A DNA stretch of 37,462 bases from an uncultured Bdellovibrionales bacterium (GTDB taxonomy: Bacteria > Patescibacteriota > Minisyncoccia > Moranbacterales > UBA1568): contig CAZJZN010000001.1 of NCBI GenBank assembly GCA_964550545.1, positions 1-37,462 on the forward strand, read 5' to 3'. This document shows positions 7,928-15,544 of the stretch, piece after piece. The notes under the pieces were generated by a model, which worked only from the letters and a program-made list of their open reading frames with translations, searched no databases and had not been told where the DNA came from. Position 1 is the first letter of the stretch. Each line of letters opens with the position of its first letter. A program made the position numbers and the translations under genes.

Positions 7928-7999
7928 TGGGACCGGCTGGATTCGGACCAGCGACCAAGAGATTATGAGTCCCCTGCTCTACCGCTGAGCTACGGTCCC
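7928..7999 (-). tRNA. tRNA-Met/Ile2 class (anticodon CAT), elongator type
   Basis: The reverse complement folds with acceptor gggaccg/cggtccc (G1-C72, so not an initiator) and anticodon loop ctCATaa. The T-arm gctgg-tccgaat-ccagc has C at loop position 2. Confidence 0.85.
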
Positions 8000-8008
8000 A
8001 AACCTCCT

Positions 8009-8039
8009 ATCAAGCATGAAAATATTTTTCATGCTTGAT
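8009..8039. terminator. Perfect 14-bp hairpin between tRNA genes
   Basis: atcaagcatgaaaa-tat-ttttcatgcttgat. The A/T runs lie inside the stem, so it could act in either direction. Confidence 0.4.
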
Positions 8040-8048
8040 GTAGCACGG

Positions 8049-8120
8049 TGCCGAGGGGGAGAATCGGACTCCCGACACGAAGATTTTCAGTCTTCTGCTC
8101 TACCACTGAGCTACCTCGGC
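8049..8120 (-). tRNA. tRNA-Phe (anticodon GAA)
   Basis: The reverse complement folds with acceptor gccgagg/cctcggc, anticodon loop ctGAAaa and T-arm gggag-tccgatt-ctccc. Confidence 0.9.
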
Positions 8121-8202
8121 AACACCTATAACGAACATCTGACAACCTACGACCATCAAACAACTAAGCAACAAACCACTCCACCTCTTGCCTATCCTAA
8201 AC

Positions 8203-8270
8203 TGGCAGTGGACGGTGCCGGACTCGCCCCGTCATCCGACGGGGCGTCCGGTCGAATAACCGGACGAACC
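8203..8270 (-). pseudogene. tRNA 3'-end-like fragment interrupted in the T-loop by a 40-nt double-hairpin element (E1)
   Basis: In tRNA orientation the 3' end reads ..ttc|[E1]|gagt-ccggc-accgtcc-a-ctgcca. There is no matching 5' T-stem, anticodon arm or D-arm in the 27 nt before tRNA-Val. E1 is 8226-8265. Confidence 0.55.
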
Positions 8271-8307
8271 ATCCACTCTTCACTTTCAGCATCTCTTGAA
8301 TTGGCGG

Positions 8308-8381
8308 TGGACGATGGAGGACTCGAACCTCCGACCTCCTCGGTGTAAACGAGGCGCTCTAACCAACTGAGCTAATCGTCC
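8308..8381 (-). tRNA. tRNA-Val (anticodon TAC)
   Basis: The reverse complement folds with acceptor ggacgat/atcgtcc, anticodon loop ttTACac and T-arm ggagg-ttcgagt-cctcc. Confidence 0.9.
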
Positions 8382-8450
8382 TCATCGTAGCGCAACAAAC
8401 AAAAAAAGGAAACCCCACCTCTCCGCCAAACCAAGCTTATCAGAAAAAAG

Positions 8451-8481
8451 AAAAAAGCCAAGGGATATCCATGGCTTTTTT
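8451..8481. terminator. Hairpin flanked by A- and T-runs
   Basis: aaaaaagccaagg-gatat-ccatggctttttt, with one mismatch in the stem. Confidence 0.45.
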
Positions 8482-8487
8482 CTCCGG

Positions 8488-8566
8488 TGGGGATAGAGGG
8501 ACTTGCCCCGTCATCCGACGGGACCGTCCGGTCGAATAACCGGACGAACCCTCATGCCATAAAGGC
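8488..8566 (-). pseudogene. Duplicated 3' part of tRNA-Leu(GAG), variable arm to acceptor, interrupted in the T-loop by element E2
   Basis: Once 8505-8545 is removed, ggggatagagggact[t]gaaccctcatgccataaaggc matches 8600-8636 of the intact gene with 1 substitution. The 5' half is absent. Confidence 0.65.
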
Positions 8567-8598
8567 TTCCAAATCGTTCTCTCGACTTTTTTGGCGGG

Positions 8599-8680
8599 TG
8601 GGGATAGAGGGACTCGAACCCTCATGCCATAAAGGCCACGCCCCTCAAACGTGTGTGTATACCAATTCCACCATATCCCC
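8599..8680 (-). tRNA. tRNA-Leu (anticodon GAG), type II
   Basis: The reverse complement folds with acceptor ggggata/tatcccc, anticodon loop ttGAGgg, variable arm gcctttatggc and T-arm gaggg-ttcgagt-ccctc. Confidence 0.85.
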
Positions 8681-8764
8681 AAAAACAAAACTGGAACGCA
8701 AACGAAACAAAAGCCGCAATCCGAAGCCAAAAACATCAGACGACACTTACCACAAAATTCCCGG

Positions 8765-9217
8765 CTATTCCGACACAAGAGGGGACTCTTCCGTCTTTTC
8801 TTTCACACCTTCTTCCGCTCCAGCCTTCTTGATTTTGGCGGTTACCTTCGGAGAAAGACTTTTTGCGACAACCTCCTTGAGTTTCCGACTCAATACCTTG
8901 GCGGACTTGTGACGGACATAGTAGAGTTTCGACCGGCCGGCCGTCGTATGCTTTACCACTTCAATCTTCTCAACCTGCGAGGAATTAAGCGAAAAAATAA
9001 CCTCAACGCCAATGCCGAGCGATACCTTGCGAACGGTTATCGTCGGAGAAGCGCTCTGCCGCCCTTTTTGCGCAATCACCATACCTTCAAAGAGCTGGAG
9101 ACGTTCCTTACCACTCTCTTTAATCTTTCGTGTCACGCGCACCACATCACCCGTTCGGAGAGTGGGAAGGTCAGCTCTTCGCTGAGACTGGTTAAATGCG
9201 ATCATTTTCTGGTTCAT
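8765..9217 (-). CDS. rplS: 50S ribosomal protein L19
   Basis: Start taken at MNQKMIAFNQ. LPTLRTGDVVRVTRKIKESGKERLQLFEGMVIAQKG and ITVRKVSLGIGVE are typical L19 sequence. It has a Lys-rich C-terminal extension. Confidence 0.9.
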   Translation of the reverse strand: MNQKMIAFNQSQRRADLPTLRTGDVVRVTRKIKESGKERLQLFEGMVIAQKGRQSASPTITVRKVSLGIGVEVIFSLNSSQVEKIEVVKHTTAGRSKLYYVRHKSAKVLSRKLKEVVAKSLSPKVTAKIKKAGAEEGVKEKTEESPLVSE

Positions 9218-9491
9218 AGAAATACACCTACAATAATATAGTATGGAAAAACTCCACTCTCTCACTCATCGAGAACTGGAAAAGAGACTATTCGAGACGA
9301 GAGGGAAATAACCAAACGCTCACTCAAGACACTCTAAAAGATATTTCATTTTTCGTCAACCTCCAAACAAGACGCGTTGGAAAGTCTCGACAAGAGAGTG
9401 CCCGTATGATAGCCTGGAGGAGCTTTTCCAAGGACTTCTCAATGTCATTCCGACTGAAACGCTCATCAACGGCAATCCTGACCAAATACCT

Positions 9492-10139
9492 ATGAATATA
9501 CAGTACTACGGCGATTTCTGCTTCAAGATAACCACGAAACCCGGGGGACGGGCGACTGACGACGTCGTTGTTGTTGTCGATCCGCCCGAAAAAGAAAGCG
9601 GTTTCCGTGCCCCACAAGGACAAACCGACATCCTTATCAAAACCCATACCAGCGAAAAAGACCGGGAGCTCGCCGTTGAAACAGCCCTCGATTGCCCGGG
9701 GGAATACGATGTAAAAGGTATCGCAATATTCGGATTCTCCTCCTTTCGTGACAATGAAAAAGGCGCGCTCCGCGGACGAAACACGATCTTTGTCATCCAG
9801 AGTGAAGACATCACCCTCTGTCACTTGGGCGCACTGGGACATGAGCTTCCCGCGAGCATTCTCGAAAAAATCGGTCACGTCGACATCCTCTTCCTTCCGG
9901 TTGGCAACCGAGATACGCTCGATCTTGCTCATACGGACGAACTGATCCGAAAAATAGAGCCGGCAGTCGTCATCCCTATGCACTACCACGTTCCCGGCTT
10001 TTCCGCCGATATCGAAACTCTGGAGACATTTTGCAAAGAGGCGGGAAACTGTCCGGAGTCGCCTCTCCCCAAATTCATCTGTAAGAAAAAGGATCTCGAG
10101 GGGAAAAGCATGGAAATTGTCGTGCTCGATCGGGCGTAG
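9492..10139 (+). CDS. MBL-fold (UPF0173-like) hydrolase homologue with a degenerate metal motif
   Basis: MNIQYYGDFCFKI, PGEYDVKGI, CHLGALGH, VDILFLPVG and VVIPMHY follow the MBL-fold pattern. THTSEKD stands where HxHxDH is expected. Confidence 0.65.
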   Translation: MNIQYYGDFCFKITTKPGGRATDDVVVVVDPPEKESGFRAPQGQTDILIKTHTSEKDRELAVETALDCPGEYDVKGIAIFGFSSFRDNEKGALRGRNTIFVIQSEDITLCHLGALGHELPASILEKIGHVDILFLPVGNRDTLDLAHTDELIRKIEPAVVIPMHYHVPGFSADIETLETFCKEAGNCPESPLPKFICKKKDLEGKSMEIVVLDRA

Positions 10140-10287
10140 TACCATTTCTAAAAGATACTTTTCCTCTCTTGTCGAGGAGATCACAATCCCGCTGTGGCGG
10201 GGGAAATCTTAATGGTATAGCAGACAAAGGCGCGAAAAAAGTAACGAGCAAAAGAACTCTTCGCTCCATTGAAGAAAAGCATCCTTT

Positions 10288-10749
10288 ATGTCACCATCAC
10301 CATCATTTCTTGAGCGACTGCGAGAAAAACCGGAAGCGGTGCGCACACGGTATTTATTTCTTTCTGTTGGAATTTCTTTTGCCGGAATCGCCATTCTGTG
10401 GGTCTTTTCCCTCAAAACATCGCTCGGTGCAATGCTGGAGAGTGGCGCGTCTCGCGAGGTACAAGAAAGAGTGCATGCCCTCACTGAAAATGCTCCCGTT
10501 TCACTCGACGAACTGATGAAAACAGGGGAAACCCTTATGAATAAAGGGAAACAACTCCAACAAGAAGCCCCCTCCAACGAGAGCGCTTTGCCACAGCCAA
10601 TTCCCAAAAACAATTCCGAAACCCCCGCTCCGAAACCCGCGAACACTCCCGAGGAAAATAGGACTTTTCCAGAACAAGAAAAACTTCAGGAACAACCCGA
10701 AACATCTCCGCAAGAAGACACTGCCAAAACACCACCAAAAACCCCGTAA
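10288..10749 (+). CDS. Hypothetical membrane-anchored protein with a Pro/Glu-rich tail
   Basis: It has one TM segment (YLFLSVGISFAGIAILWVFSL) and a low-complexity C-terminus. It was chosen over the antisense ORFs because of the TM segment and its orientation with neighbouring genes. Confidence 0.45.
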   Translation: MSPSPSFLERLREKPEAVRTRYLFLSVGISFAGIAILWVFSLKTSLGAMLESGASREVQERVHALTENAPVSLDELMKTGETLMNKGKQLQQEAPSNESALPQPIPKNNSETPAPKPANTPEENRTFPEQEKLQEQPETSPQEDTAKTPPKTP

Positions 10750-10905
10750 CAGTAGCACTCAGAAATCCCACATCCTGAATAATCCGATCGGATTTTCTCA
10801 TATCAGAGCGGAAACAGCTCGAGAAGATACCTCTGGATTGCCTCGAACTATTCAAGAGACAGTGCCAAAGTAATACCAAATCAAATAAAACTGTTCTATA
10901 AGTGC

Positions 10906-11003
10906 GTGCCGAGACTGCAAAAAATAATTTTTCGAAACTTCGCTCCGATCCGAGAGGAGTGCGTGAGAAAAATTATTTTTTGCAGTCGAGGTAACTCTCA
11001 AAA
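10906..11003 (+). ncRNA. Structured repeat element copy A (21-bp perfect stem, 33-nt loop) in the gyrA leader
   Basis: gactgcaaaaaataatttttc (10913-10933) pairs perfectly with gaaaaattattttttgcagtc (10967-10987). It is homologous to 31921-32018, with compensatory stem changes. It ends 61-77 nt upstream of the gyrA ATG, counted from the homology end and the stem end respectively. Confidence 0.6.
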
Positions 11004-11063
11004 TAGCAGAGATCTATTTGATTTAGTATAACGCTCAACAAATATTCCGTTCACCACGATATT

Positions 11064-13538
11064 ATGAAAAAAGCCGAACCTGCGACGACGAATCTCACCG
11101 AGGAGAAGAAAGAAAATATCCGCCTCCAACCGATCACGGATGAGGTGCGAAAGTCCTATCTCGACTACGCGATGAGCGTCATCGTTTCGCGCGCACTTCC
11201 CGACGTGCGTGACGGTTTAAAGCCGGTTCACCGCCGCATCCTCTATTCGATGTGGTCAACCGGACTCAAGGCAAGCGCCAAATTCCGAAAATCCGCAACC
11301 GTCGTCGGAGAAGTCTTGGGAAAGTATCACCCCCACGGCGATGTCGCCGTCTACGATACGATGGTCCGTATGGCTCAAAATTTCTCCCTCCGCTATCCAC
11401 TCGTCTCAGGACAGGGAAACTTCGGCTCGATGGACGGGGACAGTGCCGCCGCCTACCGCTACACCGAAGCCAAACTCTCGCCGATCGCCGAAGAAATGCT
11501 TTTTGATATCGAAAAAGACACGGTGGATTTCGTTCCAAACTTCGATGGCGTCCACAAGGAACCCGTCGTCCTCCCCGCGCGACTCCCGCAACTCCTCGCC
11601 AATGGCACGGTCGGAATTGCCGTTGGTATGGCAACCAATATCCCGCCACACAACCTTTCCGAACTCGTTGAAAGTATCGCGCACCTCATCGACTCTCCCG
11701 AGGCAAGCATCGAAGAACTCCTCAAGTTCGTAAAGGGACCCGACTTCCCAACGGGCGGCATCATTTATAATCAAAAGGATATTCGCGAGGCCTATGCGAC
11801 GGGTCGCGGCAAAATCACGACGCGTGCCAAAGCCGAGATCATCGAAACCAAGGCGGGAATGTTTCAGATCGTCGCCACCGAAATCACCTACCTCACCAAC
11901 AAGTCGACACTGATTCAAAAAATCGCCGAACTTGTGAAGGATGGGAAGCTTCAGGGTATCAAGGATCTCCGCGATGAATCCGACAAAGATGGCGTTCGCA
12001 TCGTCATCGACCTCAAAAAAGAGGCCTTTCCGCAAAAAGTGCTCAACAAACTCTATTCGCTCACCGACTTTCAGAAAAACTTTAACCTCAATATGCTCGC
12101 TCTGGTCGACGGAATCGAGCCACAGGTCCTAAACTTAAAGAGCATACTCGAGCACCACATCACCCATCGAGAAATTGTCGTCACTCGCCGCACTCGATTT
12201 GAGCTCGAAAAAGCCAAGGATCGAGCGCATATCCTCGAAGGACTCAAAAAAGCCCTCGATCATATCGATGAAGTGATCGCCACCATCAAGAAGTCTCCCG
12301 ACAAAGAGACGGCGAAAACGCGCCTCATGAAAAACTTTGCGCTCTCGGAACGCCAAACGGACGCCATTCTTGAGATGCGCCTCCAAACACTCTCCGGACT
12401 CGAGCGGAAGAAAATAGAAGACGAACTCGCCGAGAAACGAAAACTCATTGCACACCTCGAAGATATTCTGAAGAGCCGCGCCAAAATTCGCGGACTCGTA
12501 AAAAGCGAGCTCCTCGAACTCAAGGAAAAATACGGCGACGCCAGGAAAACAAAAGTGATCCGCTCCGCAATCGGAGAATTTTCGCAGGAAGATCTCATTC
12601 CAAACGAAGAGGCGATCATCACGATTTCGCAAGACGGCTATGTGAAACGAATGAACCCGGATGTGTATCGGGTCCAGAAACGTGGCGGCAAGGGCGTCAT
12701 CGGCGCAACAACCAAAGAAGGAGACGCCATTGCCAAAGTTTTGGGTATTATGACTCACGACAATTTGATGTTTTTCACCAATACCGGAAAAGTTTTCCAG
12801 ACGAAAGCCTACGAAATCCCCGAATCATCCCGCACCGCAAAGGGTCAGGCGATCGTCAACTTCCTCCAGCTCGGAAACGAGGAGCGAATCACTGCGCTCA
12901 TTGCCTTCAACAAAGACGACGACTACAAGTATCTCTTTATGGCAACCGAACAGGGGACAATCAAAAAGTGTAAACTTGAGGAATTTGACAATGTGCGCCG
13001 GAGCGGCCTCATTGCCATTGGACTTGAGAAGGGCGATATGTTGGGATGGGTCGCGCCGACGACCGGTTCCGATCATATCGTCTTCACGACAAGCGAAGGG
13101 CAAGCGATCCGTTTCAAGGAAAGCGATGTGCGCCCGATGGGACGAAACGCCGGGGGCGTGCGCGGTATCAAGCTCGCCACGTCCGACACCGTCGTCGGGA
13201 TGAATATCGTCCGCGCCGAAGGCAAAGACTTGGAGCTCATCATCCTCTCGGGGAACGGCTTTGGGAAGCGCACCGATCTCAAACACTACAAACTCCAGCA
13301 CCGCGGCGGAAGCGGGATGAAAACTGCAAAAGTGACGCCGAAAATCGGTAAACTCGTCGGTGCGCAGGTCATCCACAAAGACGACGCTCCCGAATGTGAC
13401 CTCATGGCGACGTCCAAAAAAGGCACCATCATCCGCATGCCCTTGAAAAGCGTCCCCCTCCTCTCCCGTGTCACCCAAGGCGTCCGCGTCATGCGCCCCC
13501 AAAGCGGCGACGCCGTCGCGTCGTTTACGGTGTTGTAG
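11064..13538 (+). CDS. gyrA: DNA gyrase subunit A
   Basis: 824 aa with [26 protein letters not shown], the active-site Tyr context [11 protein letters not shown], and C-terminal beta-pinwheel repeats. Confidence 0.97.
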   Translation: MKKAEPATTNLTEEKKENIRLQPITDEVRKSYLDYAMSVIVSRALPDVRDGLKPVHRRILYSMWSTGLKASAKFRKSATVVGEVLGKYHPHGDVAVYDTMVRMAQNFSLRYPLVSGQGNFGSMDGDSAAAYRYTEAKLSPIAEEMLFDIEKDTVDFVPNFDGVHKEPVVLPARLPQLLANGTVGIAVGMATNIPPHNLSELVESIAHLIDSPEASIEELLKFVKGPDFPTGGIIYNQKDIREAYATGRGKITTRAKAEIIETKAGMFQIVATEITYLTNKSTLIQKIAELVKDGKLQGIKDLRDESDKDGVRIVIDLKKEAFPQKVLNKLYSLTDFQKNFNLNMLALVDGIEPQVLNLKSILEHHITHREIVVTRRTRFELEKAKDRAHILEGLKKALDHIDEVIATIKKSPDKETAKTRLMKNFALSERQTDAILEMRLQTLSGLERKKIEDELAEKRKLIAHLEDILKSRAKIRGLVKSELLELKEKYGDARKTKVIRSAIGEFSQEDLIPNEEAIITISQDGYVKRMNPDVYRVQKRGGKGVIGATTKEGDAIAKVLGIMTHDNLMFFTNTGKVFQTKAYEIPESSRTAKGQAIVNFLQLGNEERITALIAFNKDDDYKYLFMATEQGTIKKCKLEEFDNVRRSGLIAIGLEKGDMLGWVAPTTGSDHIVFTTSEGQAIRFKESDVRPMGRNAGGVRGIKLATSDTVVGMNIVRAEGKDLELIILSGNGFGKRTDLKHYKLQHRGGSGMKTAKVTPKIGKLVGAQVIHKDDAPECDLMATSKKGTIIRMPLKSVPLLSRVTQGVRVMRPQSGDAVASFTVL

Positions 13539-13629
13539 GGGTTGACAAGAAACCGAAGAGGTGATATATTTTAGTGTCCAGAACCTTGGACAGAGTTTTT
13601 TCAAATCCCATCACTTCGAGGAGCTAGAA

Positions 13630-14067
13630 ATGGCCACTATAGAGATCGTTCAGAATACCGATGGCACGTCCGGTCTTCATTCTGAACAAAAGGAGCGAGA
13701 AGTACACCTTTTTTCTGATAGCAAGACCGACCGGAAGATCGGCTGGAAGAATTATCGCATAGGGAGCTCGTACATGTGCGATGAAACTATGGTCTATCCC
13801 TTTTTTATCAACTTGGATGAAGTAAGAGAAAAGGGGTGGGTTTCCTTTGCTCTCACTCCAGAAATTGATCAGGACCCTAGAACTGACAAGAGAATCTTCA
13901 ACGTCTGGTTCAGCAATTCTGATGTTGACTGCCTAAGAGAGGGGACAGCTGAATATCTCGAAATTATAGGGTTTTCCGTTCCTATGGTCAGCAATAACCA
14001 ACAACGGGAAATAAACGAAAAATACCGAGAACGAATCCTGCAAGCCGCAAGAGATTCGCTTCTCTAG
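13630..14067 (+). CDS. Hypothetical protein (orphan, AT-richer)
   Basis: 145-aa ORF starting MATIEIVQ with GGAG 8 nt upstream. I recognise no motif. A clean terminator follows. Confidence 0.5.
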   Translation: MATIEIVQNTDGTSGLHSEQKEREVHLFSDSKTDRKIGWKNYRIGSSYMCDETMVYPFFINLDEVREKGWVSFALTPEIDQDPRTDKRIFNVWFSNSDVDCLREGTAEYLEIIGFSVPMVSNNQQREINEKYRERILQAARDSLL

Positions 14068-14084
14068 CTGAAACATCAAAAAAA

Positions 14085-14107
14085 CCAAGCGTCCGCGCTT
14101 GGTTTTT
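14085..14107 (+). terminator. Rho-independent terminator
   Basis: ccaagcg-tccg-cgcttgg followed by ttttt. Confidence 0.75.
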
Positions 14108-14210
14108 CATTTGCGTAAAAAATACTTGTATGATAGGCTTCTATCATAATTTGTTAGGGGACGAGCCTGGATTGGTTTGAATAAACGAATCCTGTGCCGT
14201 ACGAAAATGT

Positions 14211-14474
14211 ATGTTGACGACGAAGCAGAAGGCGAAAGCGACCAAGGAGGTGAAGCGACACGAGAAGGACACGGGATCACCGGAGTATCAAATTGCGATG
14301 TTTACCGAGCGGATCAAGAAATTGACCGATCACTTGAAGAAGAACAAGAAGGACTTCCATTCCCGTCGCGGACTCCTCAAAATGGTCTCGAAGCGAAAGC
14401 GCCTCATGGGCTATCTCCAAAAAACTGACGAAAAAGCCGCCAAGGCTCTCGCCAAGAAACTCAAACTCGCGTAG
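14211..14474 (+). CDS. rpsO: 30S ribosomal protein S15
   Basis: 87 aa; [49 protein letters not shown] is typical S15 sequence. Confidence 0.93.
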   Translation: MLTTKQKAKATKEVKRHEKDTGSPEYQIAMFTERIKKLTDHLKKNKKDFHSRRGLLKMVSKRKRLMGYLQKTDEKAAKALAKKLKLA

Positions 14475-14483
14475 TTTTCCTTC

Positions 14484-14507
14484 CCGCACCTTGTCCGCAA
14501 GGTGCGG
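14484..14507 (+). terminator. Hairpin after rpsO
   Basis: ccgcaccttg-tccg-caaggtgcgg is a 10-bp perfect stem. The T-run is weak. Confidence 0.5.
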
Positions 14508-14526
14508 AATTGGTTTCTGTGGTTTT

Positions 14527-14565
14527 GCCTTATTCTTCATTCCTCATTCTCTATTCTATATTTCT
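14527..14565. repeat. CATTC-rich intergenic repeat, copy 1
   Basis: gccttattcttcattcctcattct (14527-14550) is identical to 34471-34494. The repeat runs directly into the ATG of the NYN gene. Confidence 0.7.
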
Positions 14566-15063
14566 ATGGCCAAATTTAAAGAACAGCGTGTCGGAATGCT
14601 CGTTGACGTACAGAATATGTACTACAGCGCGCGCATCCTCTTTAGCAAGAAGGTGAGTTTCAAGAACGTTCTTCTTGCGGGGACGGCGGATCGGAAGCTC
14701 ATCCGCGCGATCGCTTACGGTATCAAGACGGTCGAGGGAATGGAGGAGAAGTTTTTCGAGGCACTCGAAAAATCCGGCTTCGAGGTAAAAACAAAAGATT
14801 TGCAAATTTTCCCCGATGGTTCCAAGAAGGGCGACTGGGACGTGGGTATTGCGATGGATGCTGTCCGGATGGCGCGAAACCTCGATGTTATCATCTTAGT
14901 CTCCGGCGACGGCGATTATATCCCCCTCGTCGAATACATCCAATCAACGACTGGGTGCCGTGTTGAAGGAATGGCGTTCAAAGAATCCGCAAGCAGTAAA
15001 CTTATCGAACAACTCGACGACTTCATCAACTTGTCAGAAGACAAGAAGCTATTTTTGATATAG
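14566..15063 (+). CDS. NYN-domain (LabA/DUF88-like) putative RNase
   Basis: Start taken at MAKFKEQ. GMLVDVQNMYY, GDWDVGIAMDAV and ILVSGDGDYIPLVEYIQ match the NYN acidic-residue pattern. Confidence 0.8.
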   Translation: MAKFKEQRVGMLVDVQNMYYSARILFSKKVSFKNVLLAGTADRKLIRAIAYGIKTVEGMEEKFFEALEKSGFEVKTKDLQIFPDGSKKGDWDVGIAMDAVRMARNLDVIILVSGDGDYIPLVEYIQSTTGCRVEGMAFKESASSKLIEQLDDFINLSEDKKLFLI

Positions 15064-15095
15064 AAAATTCCTGACAATTTTCTCGCAATACTTGA

Positions 15096-15122
15096 AAACC
15101 CCTGATTCTATCGGGGGTTTTT
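15096..15122 (+). terminator. Rho-independent terminator
   Basis: aaacccc-tgattctatc-gggggttt followed by a T-run. Confidence 0.65.
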
Positions 15123-15200
15123 CGTATAATTCCAAAATATTTCGAATTGACACCAAGGAAAACTCCTACTACACTGTCCGAACTTTGAAAAACTTTTTCT

Positions 15201-15383
15201 ATGCTCTCCGAAGAGCTCCTCATTCTCTTTATTCTCTTGATGAGCGGGGCCGCCATTTCGATGGCGGTTGATTTGGCGCTCGGTATCCGGTGGCAGAAGT
15301 TCAAAGCCTGGAAATGGCTCGTCCACATCACCACCCTCATCCTCTACGGTGCCTTCATTGCGGCGTATATCATTTTTCGTTGA
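15201..15383 (+). CDS. Small two-TM membrane protein (hypothetical)
   Basis: 60 aa with two hydrophobic segments, bracketed by terminators on both sides. Confidence 0.4.
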   Translation: MLSEELLILFILLMSGAAISMAVDLALGIRWQKFKAWKWLVHITTLILYGAFIAAYIIFR

Positions 15384-15399
15384 CTTCTCCCCCCAAAAG

Positions 15400-15436
15400 C
15401 CGTACACTTCGTTTTGAAGGTACGGTTTCTTTTTTC
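15400..15436 (+). terminator. Rho-independent terminator
   Basis: ccgtacacttc-gtttt-gaaggtacgg followed by tttctttttt. Confidence 0.7.
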
Positions 15437-15544
15437 TTTTAAAAAGGCTCTCGATGCGGTCATCGGCACAGAAAGATTGCTGAACCATGAGTGTGTTCGG
15501 CGATGATTCCGTGTTTTGTGGCTGTTTCGGAGGGCGAAACGGCT

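Noticed and set aside
8016-8912. Plus-strand ORFs 8016-8348, 8487-8912 and 8651-9241
   Set aside because: They run antisense across the tRNA genes, the repeat elements and rplS. The recurring peptide GLAPSSDG is just the translated hairpin element.
9324-10184. 286-aa minus-strand ORF
   Set aside because: It is fully antisense to the MBL-fold ORF, which has recognisable family motifs. The antisense ORF has none.
11406-13604. Long antisense and alternative-frame ORFs inside gyrA (for example 11406-12035, 12135-12758 and 12825-13604)
   Set aside because: gyrA is unambiguous. These are shadow ORFs typical of GC-biased coding sequence.
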